Virus record (IMG/VR): IMGVR_UViG_3300032073_000007
Location: 47,273-111,272 of that record
From: a virus
Strand: one strand, 5' to 3'
Length of the DNA: 64,000 bases
Made by a program: the position numbers and the translations under genes. Shown here piece after piece: positions 28,984 through 39,200 of this stretch (within the stretch, counting starts at the first letter, position 1; each line of letters starts with the position of its first letter). A model generated the notes under the pieces. The model saw only the letters and a list, made by a program, of their open reading frames with translations. It made no database searches and was not told the DNA's origin.

Positions 28984-28991
28984 TTTTTCTT

Positions 28992-29465
28992 CTATTTTGT
29001 TGTTTCTTTGAACCATGCAGGTGTTTTTCTTGTTTTCCAAGTAGCGAATCCTGCTTTCTCGCCATTGTAGTAAGCTCGATATGCTGTAACAGCACAATCG
29101 TTTTTGTATTCTTCTGGCATTGCTTGAGCAAATGGTGTCAGACCAGTGCGCGGAAGAGATAGCTTGTGATAGTTTTTACCACACCACTCGATAGTGTCAA
29201 GAGACTTATGAACTTTACCATAACGTCTGGTATATTCCTGACACATAGCATAGGCGTGATCGAGAAGCCACTCATAGTTTTGCTCTGTCTCTCTAGCCCA
29301 TATGGTGCATGGGTGATTGTAAAAAGCTCTTTTGTATGGTGCGGTTCCCTTGTCATAGACTGCACAAAGCATTTGTGCTGATTCTAAAATCATCTTGACA
29401 ACGTGCTTGTCACACAACTGTTGAGCGGATACTTTTGGGTCTCGATCTACTGCAAATATATTCAT
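28992..29465 (-). CDS. Pyrimidine-dimer DNA glycosylase-like protein
   Basis: MNIF...DKHVVKMILESAQML...NHPCTIW...AYRAYY; leaderless promoter. Confidence 0.75.
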   Translation of the reverse strand: MNIFAVDRDPKVSAQQLCDKHVVKMILESAQMLCAVYDKGTAPYKRAFYNHPCTIWARETEQNYEWLLDHAYAMCQEYTRRYGKVHKSLDTIEWCGKNYHKLSLPRTGLTPFAQAMPEEYKNDCAVTAYRAYYNGEKAGFATWKTRKTPAWFKETTK

Positions 29466-29507
29466 AAAGGCAATTTAAATTAATTTTAATTCAGGGTCAA
29501 GGACAAA

Positions 29508-29654
29508 TTACCAGTTTTTTATAATGTTTGCGATAATAAACAAATTACAAACAATAGCTTGGAGAATAATTAAGGTTCGAATTAAAGCCACACAATCAGC
29601 TTCATTATCTTTTCCTTGTTTCTCTCCTAGTGCTTTTGCCCATAATCTCCACAT
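29508..29654 (-). CDS. Small membrane protein (not in ORF track)
   Basis: MWRLWAKALGEK...IIANIIKNW, 48 aa. Confidence 0.6.
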   Translation of the reverse strand: MWRLWAKALGEKQGKDNEADCVALIRTLIILQAIVCNLFIIANIIKNW

Positions 29655-29857
29655 TACTTCTTTGGGTGAACTAATTTTTGATCACCGTCTTCGTATACTT
29701 CGTATACTTTGCCATTAGAATGTTCTGCATTCATAATAGCCATAACGATGGCAGGAGTTGAATGAGATAATGGAGGGCCAGAAAGCTTTGTGGAATATCC
29801 TCCCATCCAACGATTCTTATTGTCAAATACAACGTAACTAGTTACTTTTTTCTTCAT
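29654..29857 (-). CDS. Hypothetical protein
   Basis: Coupled ORF in operon. Confidence 0.55.
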   Translation of the reverse strand: MKKKVTSYVVFDNKNRWMGGYSTKLSGPPLSHSTPAIVMAIMNAEHSNGKVYEVYEDGDQKLVHPKK

Positions 29858-30032
29858 TTGTGAAAAGTTTATAAACTTCTTTTATTTCTGCTTCTCCCTC
29901 TGCTCCTCCAAGATCAACGTCACCATTCTCATTGCTTACAAGAATAGTCATATCACCTGTTTCTTCATCAACTTCTGCTTTGATTCTCCATCCATTTAGG
30001 AGAACAAAATTAATCCATTTATCTTCTATCAT
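29838..30032 (-). CDS. Hypothetical protein
   Basis: Coupled ORF in operon. Confidence 0.55.
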   Translation of the reverse strand: MIEDKWINFVLLNGWRIKAEVDEETGDMTILVSNENGDVDLGGAEGEAEIKEVYKLFTNEEKSN

Positions 30033-30250
30033 TATTCAGTGATTTTAAATTCTACTGCTCCTGCCTCTGCTGTTGGCTTAACAGAAGCATTGATTTGATT
30101 AGCTTCCTGCTCGACAATCAGGATGTTCATTTTCTCTAGCCATACCCTGCTGACAGGGATGTGCTGCTTTGAGCCAAAGTATTCGTTCAGTGTCTCCATG
30201 TCAATGTTGACAAACGACTTTGCTCCTTTTGGTCTTCCTCTTGTAGCCAT
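30032..30250 (-). CDS. Small protein with AT-hook-like RGRPKG motif
   Basis: MATRGRPKGAKS. Confidence 0.6.
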   Translation of the reverse strand: MATRGRPKGAKSFVNIDMETLNEYFGSKQHIPVSRVWLEKMNILIVEQEANQINASVKPTAEAGAVEFKITE

Positions 30251-30264
30251 ATCTTTTTGTTTTT

Positions 30265-30429
30265 TTAGTTTGATAGATTTAGTATTGCAGACTCTTCTGC
30301 ACTTGTTGCAGTCAAAAAGAGATCATCTTCCATCTCTCCTGCTTCGATAAGTATGTTAGTAAGAGCATCCAGTATATCCCCTGCTTCAGAGGAGAAACTG
30401 TCGCCATCAATATCTAATGTGATCTTCAT
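30265..30429 (-). CDS. Small acidic protein (not in ORF track)
   Basis: TTGACC-16-TATACT-6 nt-ATG; MKITLDIDG..., 54 aa. Confidence 0.6.
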   Translation of the reverse strand: MKITLDIDGDSFSSEAGDILDALTNILIEAGEMEDDLFLTATSAEESAILNLSN

Positions 30430-30483
30430 GGTTTTAGTATACAGTAATTTGAATTTGGGTCAAGAGTTTTTTTGAATAAAAAT

Positions 30484-30792
30484 TCATTTTTTATAGAATG
30501 CTCTATATTGTTCTTTTATAAATGGTCCCATGATATTCTCATATGCTCTGACCAGTGCTTCTTCTAGCTCCTCTTGGACATCCTCTAGGATGTAGCCTAG
30601 ACCAGAGAGAGAAAGCATGGCATGGAAGCCTTCATGAATAATTGTATCTAATAAAACTTCATCTTTTATTTTATTAGACACATAGATTTTCTTACCATCA
30701 GAATCTAACTCTCCATAATCTTTCATTTGTTTGTAAACTATGGTGAACTGGTGACCTGCTATAGTCACCTCTTTTGGTTTGTATGCTTTCAT
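30484..30792 (-). CDS. Small HExxH metallopeptidase-like protein
   Basis: DTIIHEGFHA...EEALV. Confidence 0.6.
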   Translation of the reverse strand: MKAYKPKEVTIAGHQFTIVYKQMKDYGELDSDGKKIYVSNKIKDEVLLDTIIHEGFHAMLSLSGLGYILEDVQEELEEALVRAYENIMGPFIKEQYRAFYKK

Positions 30793-30800
30793 GTTAAATA

Positions 30801-31739
30801 CTATGCGATCTCTCTCGCAAGGTCTAAACCTTTTTTAGTTAATTCTCGTTTAGTGTCAATCTTTAAAAGGCGTTTCTTGATCAGCATGGTCTCGTAGTCC
30901 TTCTGGATTGCTCCTCTCTGGAAGCCTGTAACGGAGGCAAGACCATTCAAGGTCATGGCTCCCCGCTCTCCCAGCGCCTTCACTATAGCCATCTCTGATG
31001 CAGTCAAGCCAAATTTCTTGACTCCCATTGTGTCGGAAAACTCTTCCCAGATTTTTTTGGTTACCTTTTTGACGTTTCTGGCAGAAACGTAGATTTTTAA
31101 ATCTTCCGCTTTGACAACGGCATCTCTTGGGTTTCCCCTAAAAGATGAAACGATATCTTCTTTTGCGGAATCATCAATATCGGCACTCCACTCTAAATTG
31201 TCGTGGAAGATATCATAGAGTTCTTTATTTTTATATTCTTCAAATGCAATATCTCTAAGGCGATCTCTAAGAGGCTCTGCCAACTTCTGCTGATCGGTAG
31301 TCGCCATGCAGAAAGTCAGTTTAGTAAAATCAAAATCATAAGGGATTCCCTCATGCTCGACTGTTCTCTTAGGATTCTTGTCTACATTAAGAACAGAAAG
31401 AAAAATTTGCTGAAGGTCATTAGGAAGATTGTGTCCTTCGTCAATAAAAAGAAACGCATTGTGCTGAATCCAAACTGGGTAAATCTGCTCGAAAAAGCTC
31501 CCTGCATTTTTTATGGTTTTACCATTGACTTCTAGCATCGGTGGTTTAGCTCCATCACTCCTCCGAAGCGCCTCTCTGAACTTTCGAGCGAAAAATGTTT
31601 TTCCCCCTCCTTTGCCAGTAGTAAGATTAATAAATGGCAAGCGGTCAGTTTTCTTGTAAGCATCAATGTAGATACTCAAGGTCTTCTTGACTGACTCTTG
31701 CCCGATTGCGTCATCGAATATGCTGTTTATCGTTGGCAT
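30801..31739 (-). CDS. ruvB: RuvB-like AAA+ ATPase
   Basis: FDDAIGQESVK, GKGGGKT, LFIDEGH, ATT...LAEPLRDR, RGNPRDA, C-terminal wHTH. Confidence 0.8.
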   Translation of the reverse strand: MPTINSIFDDAIGQESVKKTLSIYIDAYKKTDRLPFINLTTGKGGGKTFFARKFREALRRSDGAKPPMLEVNGKTIKNAGSFFEQIYPVWIQHNAFLFIDEGHNLPNDLQQIFLSVLNVDKNPKRTVEHEGIPYDFDFTKLTFCMATTDQQKLAEPLRDRLRDIAFEEYKNKELYDIFHDNLEWSADIDDSAKEDIVSSFRGNPRDAVVKAEDLKIYVSARNVKKVTKKIWEEFSDTMGVKKFGLTASEMAIVKALGERGAMTLNGLASVTGFQRGAIQKDYETMLIKKRLLKIDTKRELTKKGLDLAREIA

Positions 31740-31835
31740 GTGAGGAAATTACCACAAATATGAACCCGTGCAAGCATTTTTTATGAAAAAAAATAACCCC
31801 TTGACGCATAGGGTTTTCTGGCTATAATAGAGTGC

Positions 31836-32072
31836 ATGAGTAAATACCAACATTTTGCAGGGAGATTCATAATTTTAATTGCTTCAATATTAGTCGGGAT
31901 ACCACTCGGGATTGTCATTGGCCTGATTTACTTCTTAAGAATATCTTTGACCTACCCAATTACCATGTATAATTTAGCTGTTGACAAATGGGAGCATAAA
32001 GTAAGAATACAGCAAGCAGATATCTGGGCTAGACATCTGGAAAGAATGGAAAGAAACAAAAACTTAAACTAA
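31836..32072 (+). CDS. Small membrane protein
   Basis: TTGACG-16-TATAAT promoter; TM helix. Confidence 0.65.
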   Translation: MSKYQHFAGRFIILIASILVGIPLGIVIGLIYFLRISLTYPITMYNLAVDKWEHKVRIQQADIWARHLERMERNKNLN

Positions 32073-32410
32073 TGAAAAACTTTGGAGAATTAAGTAGCAG
32101 TGTCCTAATTTGGGCAAATGAAAGAGGGATTTTTGATAACTACTTCACGGATAAATCCCTCGCCAACTGGGAGCATAGAGCTTTAGCTCAATTAGATAAA
32201 ACTCAAGAAGAACTAAACGAGACAATCGAAGCTGTAAAACGAAAAGACGAAGCGGAGATTAGAGATGGTATAGGAGATATGCTAGTCACTATTATAATCG
32301 CATCAAAAATGCTTGGCGAAGATCCAGAAAGATGTTTGGAGCTAGCTTATAATGAAATAAAAAATAGAACAGGCAAAATGGTTGATGGAAAATTTGTTAA
32401 AGACCAATAA
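32072..32410 (+). CDS. MazG-like NTP pyrophosphohydrolase
   Basis: KTQEELNE...DGIGDMLVT...AYNEIKNRTGKMVDGKFVK. Confidence 0.85.
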   Translation: MKNFGELSSSVLIWANERGIFDNYFTDKSLANWEHRALAQLDKTQEELNETIEAVKRKDEAEIRDGIGDMLVTIIIASKMLGEDPERCLELAYNEIKNRTGKMVDGKFVKDQ

Positions 32411-32432
32411 AACATAATAAAAAATAATAAAA

Positions 32433-32807
32433 ATGAATACTGAACAGTTATTAAATCTACATGATGAAACTTGCGGTAAGTGCAAGGAGATAATGAAACA
32501 AAAAAATAGCGATTATACTGGAGGAAAAAATGCCACTGACGTATTCGCTAATTTTAATTCTTCTATTATCCTAGATATTCACCCAGTCCAAGGTCTTTTA
32601 CTGCGGTTAATCGACAAAATTCAAAGAATCCGTTCTTTTACTAATGATAAACAATTACAAGTTTCAAATGAGTCGGTTGAAGACGCTTGTGAGGATATTG
32701 TAAATTATGCGATTCTAGCAAAAGCAATGTTAATCGAAGAAAGAAAAAAGATCGAACAGAATTTAGAGAACAAAAAGAAAGAAAAAAGTTATTCATTTGT
32801 TGACTAA
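32433..32807 (+). CDS. DUF1599-like nucleotide-modification-associated protein
   Basis: KNSDY...FANF...RLIDKIQR...ESVED...DIVNYA. Confidence 0.7.
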   Translation: MNTEQLLNLHDETCGKCKEIMKQKNSDYTGGKNATDVFANFNSSIILDIHPVQGLLLRLIDKIQRIRSFTNDKQLQVSNESVEDACEDIVNYAILAKAMLIEERKKIEQNLENKKKEKSYSFVD

Positions 32808-32885
32808 CCTATTATTTGGCATTCTTTTGTTCATCCTAGCCTCTTTATATATTTGGCTCTTTTGTGTTCATCCTAGGTTAAATTT

Positions 32886-33686
32886 ATGATTAAAATCATC
32901 ACAACCTGTTATAATTGTGAAAACTTTATAGAAGAGTGTATTTTTAGTGTCTTACTCCAAGAATATGATGACTGGGAGATGTATATCTTTGATGACGCTA
33001 GCACTGACAATTCTGTAAAGGTGGCAGAAAATATAATTAATGGCGATTCTAGAATAAAAATTATTAAAAATTCAAAGAATATGGGTGCGGTATACAACAA
33101 AACATTTAGTTTTGTTAAGCATTGTTCTCCAGAGGATGAAGATATTATAGTTACTCTTGATGGGGATGATTTTTTAATTCATAAACAAGCACTTAGTTAT
33201 TTGAATAGTCTTTACCTAAATGGTTGGTGGATGACTTATGGAGGAGCTTCTCACAGCAATTATGTAAGATTTGCAGATGATTTTTATACAGAAGTTGATT
33301 GGTCGAGATCTTTAAGAAATCAAAACTTCTGTCTGGGCCATCTTAGATCACATAAATTCTTTTTAATGAAGAATATTAAAGATGTAGATCTAAGATATAA
33401 GAATGGCACTCTATTTAAGGTTCCAGAAGATGTTATTTTGTTTATTCCAATGGCAGAGATGTGTGGAAAAAAGAAAGCTCATCACTTTAGACAATCTCTT
33501 TATTTCTATCGTTGGCATGATAATTGTGATGGGTTAATACCAGAAATAGACTCTCACAGAAATGATATCATGAAACTTGATTTAAGTTTTAGAAAACCAT
33601 ACCCGCAAAAAACAAAAGAAGAATTAATTAATTGGAAATGTGATTGGACTTATAAACTTAAAAACGAAAACTATTTATCTAAATGA
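32886..33686 (+). CDS. GT2-family glycosyltransferase
   Basis: YNCENFIEECI, DDASTD, LDGDD. Confidence 0.85.
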   Translation: MIKIITTCYNCENFIEECIFSVLLQEYDDWEMYIFDDASTDNSVKVAENIINGDSRIKIIKNSKNMGAVYNKTFSFVKHCSPEDEDIIVTLDGDDFLIHKQALSYLNSLYLNGWWMTYGGASHSNYVRFADDFYTEVDWSRSLRNQNFCLGHLRSHKFFLMKNIKDVDLRYKNGTLFKVPEDVILFIPMAEMCGKKKAHHFRQSLYFYRWHDNCDGLIPEIDSHRNDIMKLDLSFRKPYPQKTKEELINWKCDWTYKLKNENYLSK

Positions 33687-33844
33687 ACCCCGACCTAATA
33701 ACTAAATATGTTCCTCTTATTGCAGGAATCATGTATGCCATTGTTGCTATAGCTTATTTTATGAAACGTGACGTTGGATGGGCTATTATTTGGCTATCTT
33801 ACGCTACAGCTAACTTTGGATTAATGGTAGTAGGAAACCAATGA
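33683..33844 (+). CDS. Small membrane protein (not in ORF track)
   Basis: MNPDLITKYVPLIAGIMYAIVAIAYF..., ATGA-coupled on both sides. Confidence 0.6.
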   Translation: MNPDLITKYVPLIAGIMYAIVAIAYFMKRDVGWAIIWLSYATANFGLMVVGNQ

Positions 33845-34170
33845 AATATAACATTAAGGATATCAAAGGAGAGGTTGTTAAAAACAACGATACTTATTTG
33901 CTTAAAGATAATAAGATGTTAAATAATCTTATACTAAGTAGCACTCGATTAAAACCCAAAAAAGAAACAAGAGGTCATAGCCATGAAGGAAAGGAAGAAA
34001 TCTATTACTTTGTTGAGGGAAAGGGTATTATGATGCTTGGAGACGAGACCCTTCACGTTAAAGAAGGAGATGTCGTATTAATTCCTGACGGCGTATTTCA
34101 TAAAGTAGATAACCCAACAAACAAAGACTTATATTTCGTCTGTGTATTTGATGGGAGTAGAGATCACTAA
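33841..34170 (+). CDS. Cupin protein
   Basis: HSH...EEIYYFVEGKG...IPDGVFH. Confidence 0.85.
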   Translation: MKYNIKDIKGEVVKNNDTYLLKDNKMLNNLILSSTRLKPKKETRGHSHEGKEEIYYFVEGKGIMMLGDETLHVKEGDVVLIPDGVFHKVDNPTNKDLYFVCVFDGSRDH

Positions 34171-34173
34171 AAT

Positions 34174-34932
34174 ATGAAAATAGCTATTTGTATGTGGTAT
34201 GATGGTAATGTCTATGAGTATGGAGATGTTTGTCGGGAAATAAATAGACTCTACTGCGCGAAGTATGGGTATACCCTTATAAAGTCGAGTCGCAGGGCAT
34301 ACAAAAATAGACCGTCAACTTGGGAGAGATTTCCTCTTTTGTTAAAGCACATAGAAGACTACGATTATGTAGTGTGGATAGATGCAGATGCCTTCTTTTA
34401 TAATTCGGCTCCCCCCTTAGAGGACATTATAAACCATTATGAAAAAGATATACTATTAAGCGCAGATCCCGATAGATATCTTAAATCTGATAGCGTTAAT
34501 GCGGGATTTTTTATATTAAAAAATACAAAGCAAGTAATCAATATCTTAACCAAATGGGCTGGAGATATGGAATTGGCGCAGAGATTTCAACAGGAGTTGG
34601 GCGTAGAGCTTGAGCATTGGCAAGAGGATCAAGCAATGATAAGAGGATTTATCAGGTATAATATTGATGATATACGAGACTTTGCGAAAGTATTGCCTTA
34701 TATGGAACTACAGCATTTCCAATTGCATGAATACGCAATCTTGAAAAGAAATGGTATACTACCTTATGTTTTTCACGCCGCTGGGAGATCCTCTCAATTT
34801 AGATACCATGTATGTAAATCATATCTCCAACAAATAATAGGGAATCCCTTAAACCCGTTTATGGTGGACAACTTTCAAGATCGGCCTCACCCCCTTGGTC
34901 CCCTTCATCTAGGAGATCAGGATCAGACTTGA
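34174..34932 (+). CDS. GT34/MNN10-like glycosyltransferase
   Basis: YCAKYGY, YDYVVWIDADA, NAGFFIL, EDQA. Confidence 0.75.
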   Translation: MKIAICMWYDGNVYEYGDVCREINRLYCAKYGYTLIKSSRRAYKNRPSTWERFPLLLKHIEDYDYVVWIDADAFFYNSAPPLEDIINHYEKDILLSADPDRYLKSDSVNAGFFILKNTKQVINILTKWAGDMELAQRFQQELGVELEHWQEDQAMIRGFIRYNIDDIRDFAKVLPYMELQHFQLHEYAILKRNGILPYVFHAAGRSSQFRYHVCKSYLQQIIGNPLNPFMVDNFQDRPHPLGPLHLGDQDQT

Positions 34933-34939
34933 AATAAAA

Positions 34940-34960
34940 TAGCCCCCTAAGTGGGGGCTA
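34940..34960. terminator. Hairpin between convergent genes
   Basis: TAGCCCCC-TAAGT-GGGGGCTA. Confidence 0.65.
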
Positions 34961-34965
34961 TTAAT

Positions 34966-35457
34966 TTAAACTTCGTCATCGTCCTCTTCAACGGGATCTG
35001 GCTCTGGCTCTGGCTCTGGCTCTGGTTCAGGCTCTGGTTCAGGCTCTGGTTCAGGCTCTGGTTCAGGCTCTGGATCTACTGGTGGATCTGGCTCTGGTGG
35101 AGCGGTATCAGCCCACTCTCTAATCGCAGGGATCGCTGCAATGATCGCGTCCATAGCTTCAGCAGCTTCTGGAACTTCAGCCATCATCTGCCAAAATGGT
35201 TTGCGACCGTTAATGCGACTAGGGACATTAATATACTCAACTCCCTCATTGTCAGCGGTAACAAGAACTTTTTCACTGTCACCATCATACGGAAGCATTT
35301 CAATACTTACAGAGCCTTCAGTCGGCGCTTCCTCCGCTGTATTTGGCACATAAATATTAATACTACGAAGCCAAACAGAATCAAATGTTTGTTCTGGCTT
35401 GGCTGGAACCACAAATGGTTCGTCTCTTGGGATTGGTTCTCCTAAATTGTCTGGCAT
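34966..35457 (-). CDS. Acidic protein with (PE)n tail, downstream of the fibre genes
   Basis: PEPEPE repeat encoded by GGCTCT/GGTTCA hexamers at ~34997-35072. Confidence 0.7.
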   Translation of the reverse strand: MPDNLGEPIPRDEPFVVPAKPEQTFDSVWLRSINIYVPNTAEEAPTEGSVSIEMLPYDGDSEKVLVTADNEGVEYINVPSRINGRKPFWQMMAEVPEAAEAMDAIIAAIPAIREWADTAPPEPDPPVDPEPEPEPEPEPEPEPEPEPEPEPEPDPVEEDDDEV

Positions 35458-35498
35458 AGCTAATTATAGATTGTATTGTTAATAATAACTACACTAAA

Positions 35499-36191
35499 TT
35501 ACACAAAAAAGGATTTTAAATGACCAACTCTTAATTTAGGCACAACCAGAGGCTTAATTTCTAGCTTTTCATAGACATTTTTACAAAAACTAACGTCTTC
35601 AAAGCTTAAATCATTAACTGTCATTTTTTCCTCTTTTTTACTTGGGTGGTTGCAATCTGGAATATGAGCTTTATTTAAGGGGTAATATGGGTAATCCATC
35701 TGTTCATAAATAGATCTATGGACTTTGGTAAATCCAAATCCGCACCAATCTACTTCAACTAACTTATTTGGTTCTTCTTCGCCTAATTTATCAAGCCATT
35801 TTACTGACGTAAAAGGCATATGGAGATTCTCTCTAAAATAATCCTCATCCCAATTGCCCACCATTGCTTTATCTCCGTAATCAGACCTATACCATCCAGT
35901 AACAAACTTTTTATCTGGGGATATACTAAGCATATGTTCTATCTGCTCAATATTAAATTTTACGTCAGAATCAATCCAAAAGAGCCACTCCGCTTCTGGC
36001 GGGGAGGTATCTGCAAATCCACCACCTCCTGTTGCCAAGAAGTTTCGAGCGAAATTTAAAAACAACCCATTACAGGAAAAAATAGCAGAGTTATTTTTAT
36101 GACACCAAGTTTGCAACTCTAAATATTGCTCGAAACACTGTCCTTGAATTCCCCTATGATCAATAGGGATTAAAAATACACAATTTAACAT
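35499..36191 (-). CDS. Glycosyltransferase-like (GT-A) protein
   Basis: ARNFLA, FWIDSD, GFGFTKV, EDVSFC, VGHLK; TTGATT-17-TATAAT-6 nt-ATG. Confidence 0.7.
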   Translation of the reverse strand: MLNCVFLIPIDHRGIQGQCFEQYLELQTWCHKNNSAIFSCNGLFLNFARNFLATGGGGFADTSPPEAEWLFWIDSDVKFNIEQIEHMLSISPDKKFVTGWYRSDYGDKAMVGNWDEDYFRENLHMPFTSVKWLDKLGEEEPNKLVEVDWCGFGFTKVHRSIYEQMDYPYYPLNKAHIPDCNHPSKKEEKMTVNDLSFEDVSFCKNVYEKLEIKPLVVPKLRVGHLKSFFV

Positions 36192-36234
36192 CAACACATT
36201 ATAAGTTATGATGGTAGCAAAATCAACTGCTTTG

Positions 36235-39200
36235 TTAGCCTGAGTATTCTATATCGTCAATTTCTATCTCAAGTTTTCCTATGTCCTTGCGTTCTGCATA
36301 AACAACATAGAAATAATTAAGAGGAGTTTCTGTATTTGAACCTATAGTTACTTCTCCATCATCCGCGATTGATTCAACATAAAGATCTTGATTTGGACCT
36401 ATGGCTGTAATATCTACTGTCATCGAATCAATATGGACTAGACCAATCCAGTAATCAGGCATCTCAAGTATATTTGAGGTGCTTTTCCCTCGGAAATATA
36501 CACCATTTTCTGGACCCTCGATACACGCATGGAGTAACTGCTTACCCTCTTTTGTCGGGTGTTTTATTAAGAAGCTTTTTGATGAGCCTACAATAGAACC
36601 GCCAACTTGAAGTGCATAAGAAGCGCTTGTTACTCCTATGCCAACGTTACCTTGAATAATAGCTCCGTTAGATGGGGCAGTGTTCCCAACATAGCTAGCT
36701 CCAACAGCTATGCCTCCAGATACGTCTAGTTTGTTAGCTGGATTATTTGTTCCTATACCAACATTACCGTCTTGCTCTATAGAAAATCTTTCTCCACCAG
36801 TGGCACTATTGATATGTTCATAAATCCTAAAGGAACCCCTGCCACTACCACTTCTATTAACTCCTATACTCCATCCATAGTTAGTAACTGTGCTTGAAGC
36901 GAAGGAGATACCTTGCCATCCAGTATTATCAACTGTATTAGTAGATTCTAGTCGTATTTGACTAGAAGCCCATTGTGCAGCCACACCCATCGGTGCTATT
37001 GTGTTAATGCTACCTCCGACGGTCAGCTTTTGAGATGGACTTGCTGTCCCTATACCAACTTTATTATTTATAACCGTCCCACCTGAATTAACACCAAGTA
37101 AGATATCATAACCTGTTCCTCCATCATTACGTATTCTTAAATCATTACCAGCGTGGTTGAATTTCCACAAGTTACTATTATCACTGCGACCAAGCTCTAA
37201 TGATTCGTCGTTACCATTTGTTGATTCAAATTTAGCAGTTCCTTGGTATACATGAAGTTCCTGTTCTGGACTCGTTGTTCCTATACCAACATTACCTGAT
37301 AAAGTTGCCCCACCTGTTATAGAAACGCCTGTGCTTGTTGTCTCAAACCTTTTAGTATTATTATAGTAAAGTTCTACAGCATCGTTCTCACTTGCATTTA
37401 TAATTAATTCGTCTGTAGAAGCATTATAAACTCTAAACTGATTTGTGGATAAACGTAATCCACCAGACCCTGTATCATTTATATAACTATTAGAGCCATC
37501 GTGGTAGATTTGGAGATCGTTACCATGACCGAAAGTTATTCTTCCGAAACTAGTGCTAGACGAATCAAGTAGTTGAATATTACCACCAACATAAATACCT
37601 GTAGAAGTTGTCTCTAATTTTGCAGAATTATTATGGTATAAGTTTACCGCACCGCCTTGGTGAGCAATCAACATAGAAGAACTATCTGCCCCCAGTAACC
37701 TTAAGCTGTTGCTTTGTAAATTGAAATTACCTGTCCCAGTATCTTGAATATAACTATGGTTACCATCATGGAATATCTGGAGATCCAAGCCAGTTCCAAA
37801 GATGGCCTTCCCGTTATCTACAGCAGTTAAAGCAGTAGAGGAAGTTGTTATTACGCTTCCAGCGGTTAAATTATTAGCTTGTGCAATATTTACGTTACCT
37901 GCAAAGGTTGCATTAGTTGATGTATCTAAAGTTAAAGCAGTAGTATTACCTAGTATAAATCTTAATTCTCGAAGGTTATTTGAAGCGTTTACATAAGTTG
38001 ATTGAATATAACTATAAGCAGAATCATTTGTGCCTATTTGTATTGCTGTTCCACCCGATCCATTATGTATTGTTAAACCAGTAGACGCTACATTGCCAGA
38101 GGTTGTAGGCGCACCATTGGAATTAATTGATAATTTACTAAACGGGCTAGTTGTTCCTATACCAACGTTACCTCCGTTAAACCAGCTATTTCCTGCGGTA
38201 TCAATCCTTACGTCTTCTGTTCCTGCATCAAATAACGATAGCAAACCTTTATCAAGATTACTTCCTGTTCCTCTTGGGATTATTCTTGCGACACTATAAT
38301 CCGCTGACTTCAAGTATATCTCCGCGCCATCACCTTTAATGTCTAATGTTGCTGTCGGACTCGTTGTTCCTATACCAACATTGCCTGTGTTTGTTATACT
38401 TAATCGGGCATTAGTTCCTAAAGTAGTATTGTCTGCTATTTCAAAGGTGCTGCCATTAACACCTAACGCAAAAGTATTGGATGAAGCGGCTAATTTAATT
38501 TGAGGGCGTGAATCTCTTGAGCTTATTTCTACTGACCCACTACCGCCAACGTCACGGGTAAATTTAGCTAATGGCCCACCAACACCTCCTCCAGTTACCA
38601 AAAGACCTGTCCCAGCAGTAGCGTTATCGTCGATGTGAAATTTAGTTGTCGGACTCGCTATTCCTATACCAACATAGCCGTCAGATTGCTTCATAGAGAT
38701 AAGACCTGTCAGTGATCCACCTGTATTATATCCTTGAATTTCAAAACCTGTTGTATCGTTGTTTTGTATTTGGAAAGCCCCGAAAGTGTTATTGTAGATA
38801 GCTCCCGTGCTTGTATTTCTGTTAAGTCCTATTCTACCACCGTTGGCGTTTTGTATTTTTACATTACCGACTCTAACGCTACCATTTACTTCAAGCTTTT
38901 CATTAGGAGTAATTGTTCCTATACCAACGTTGCCTGTAGGTTGAAAAATTGTGTCGGCTACTGAATTTATCCTTAAATCAATGCCATCTGTGGTTATAGT
39001 GCCTACAGTTGATTCACTCCCGACTGAACCATATTTAAAGTGCATGAAGCCAGCACCAGATGTATTAATTGTAATATCACCGCCAGTTACATCTAACCTA
39101 GAGTCAGGAGTCGCTGTTCCGATACCAACGTTGCCGTTTGTTTTGAACCTAGCAATTTCAGATGATTCGATTTCAAAAGCTAAGTCACTATTGTTAATGA

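Noticed and set aside
34951-35445. WLWL/WFRL repeat ORF on the plus strand
   Set aside because: Antisense reading of the PE-repeat gene
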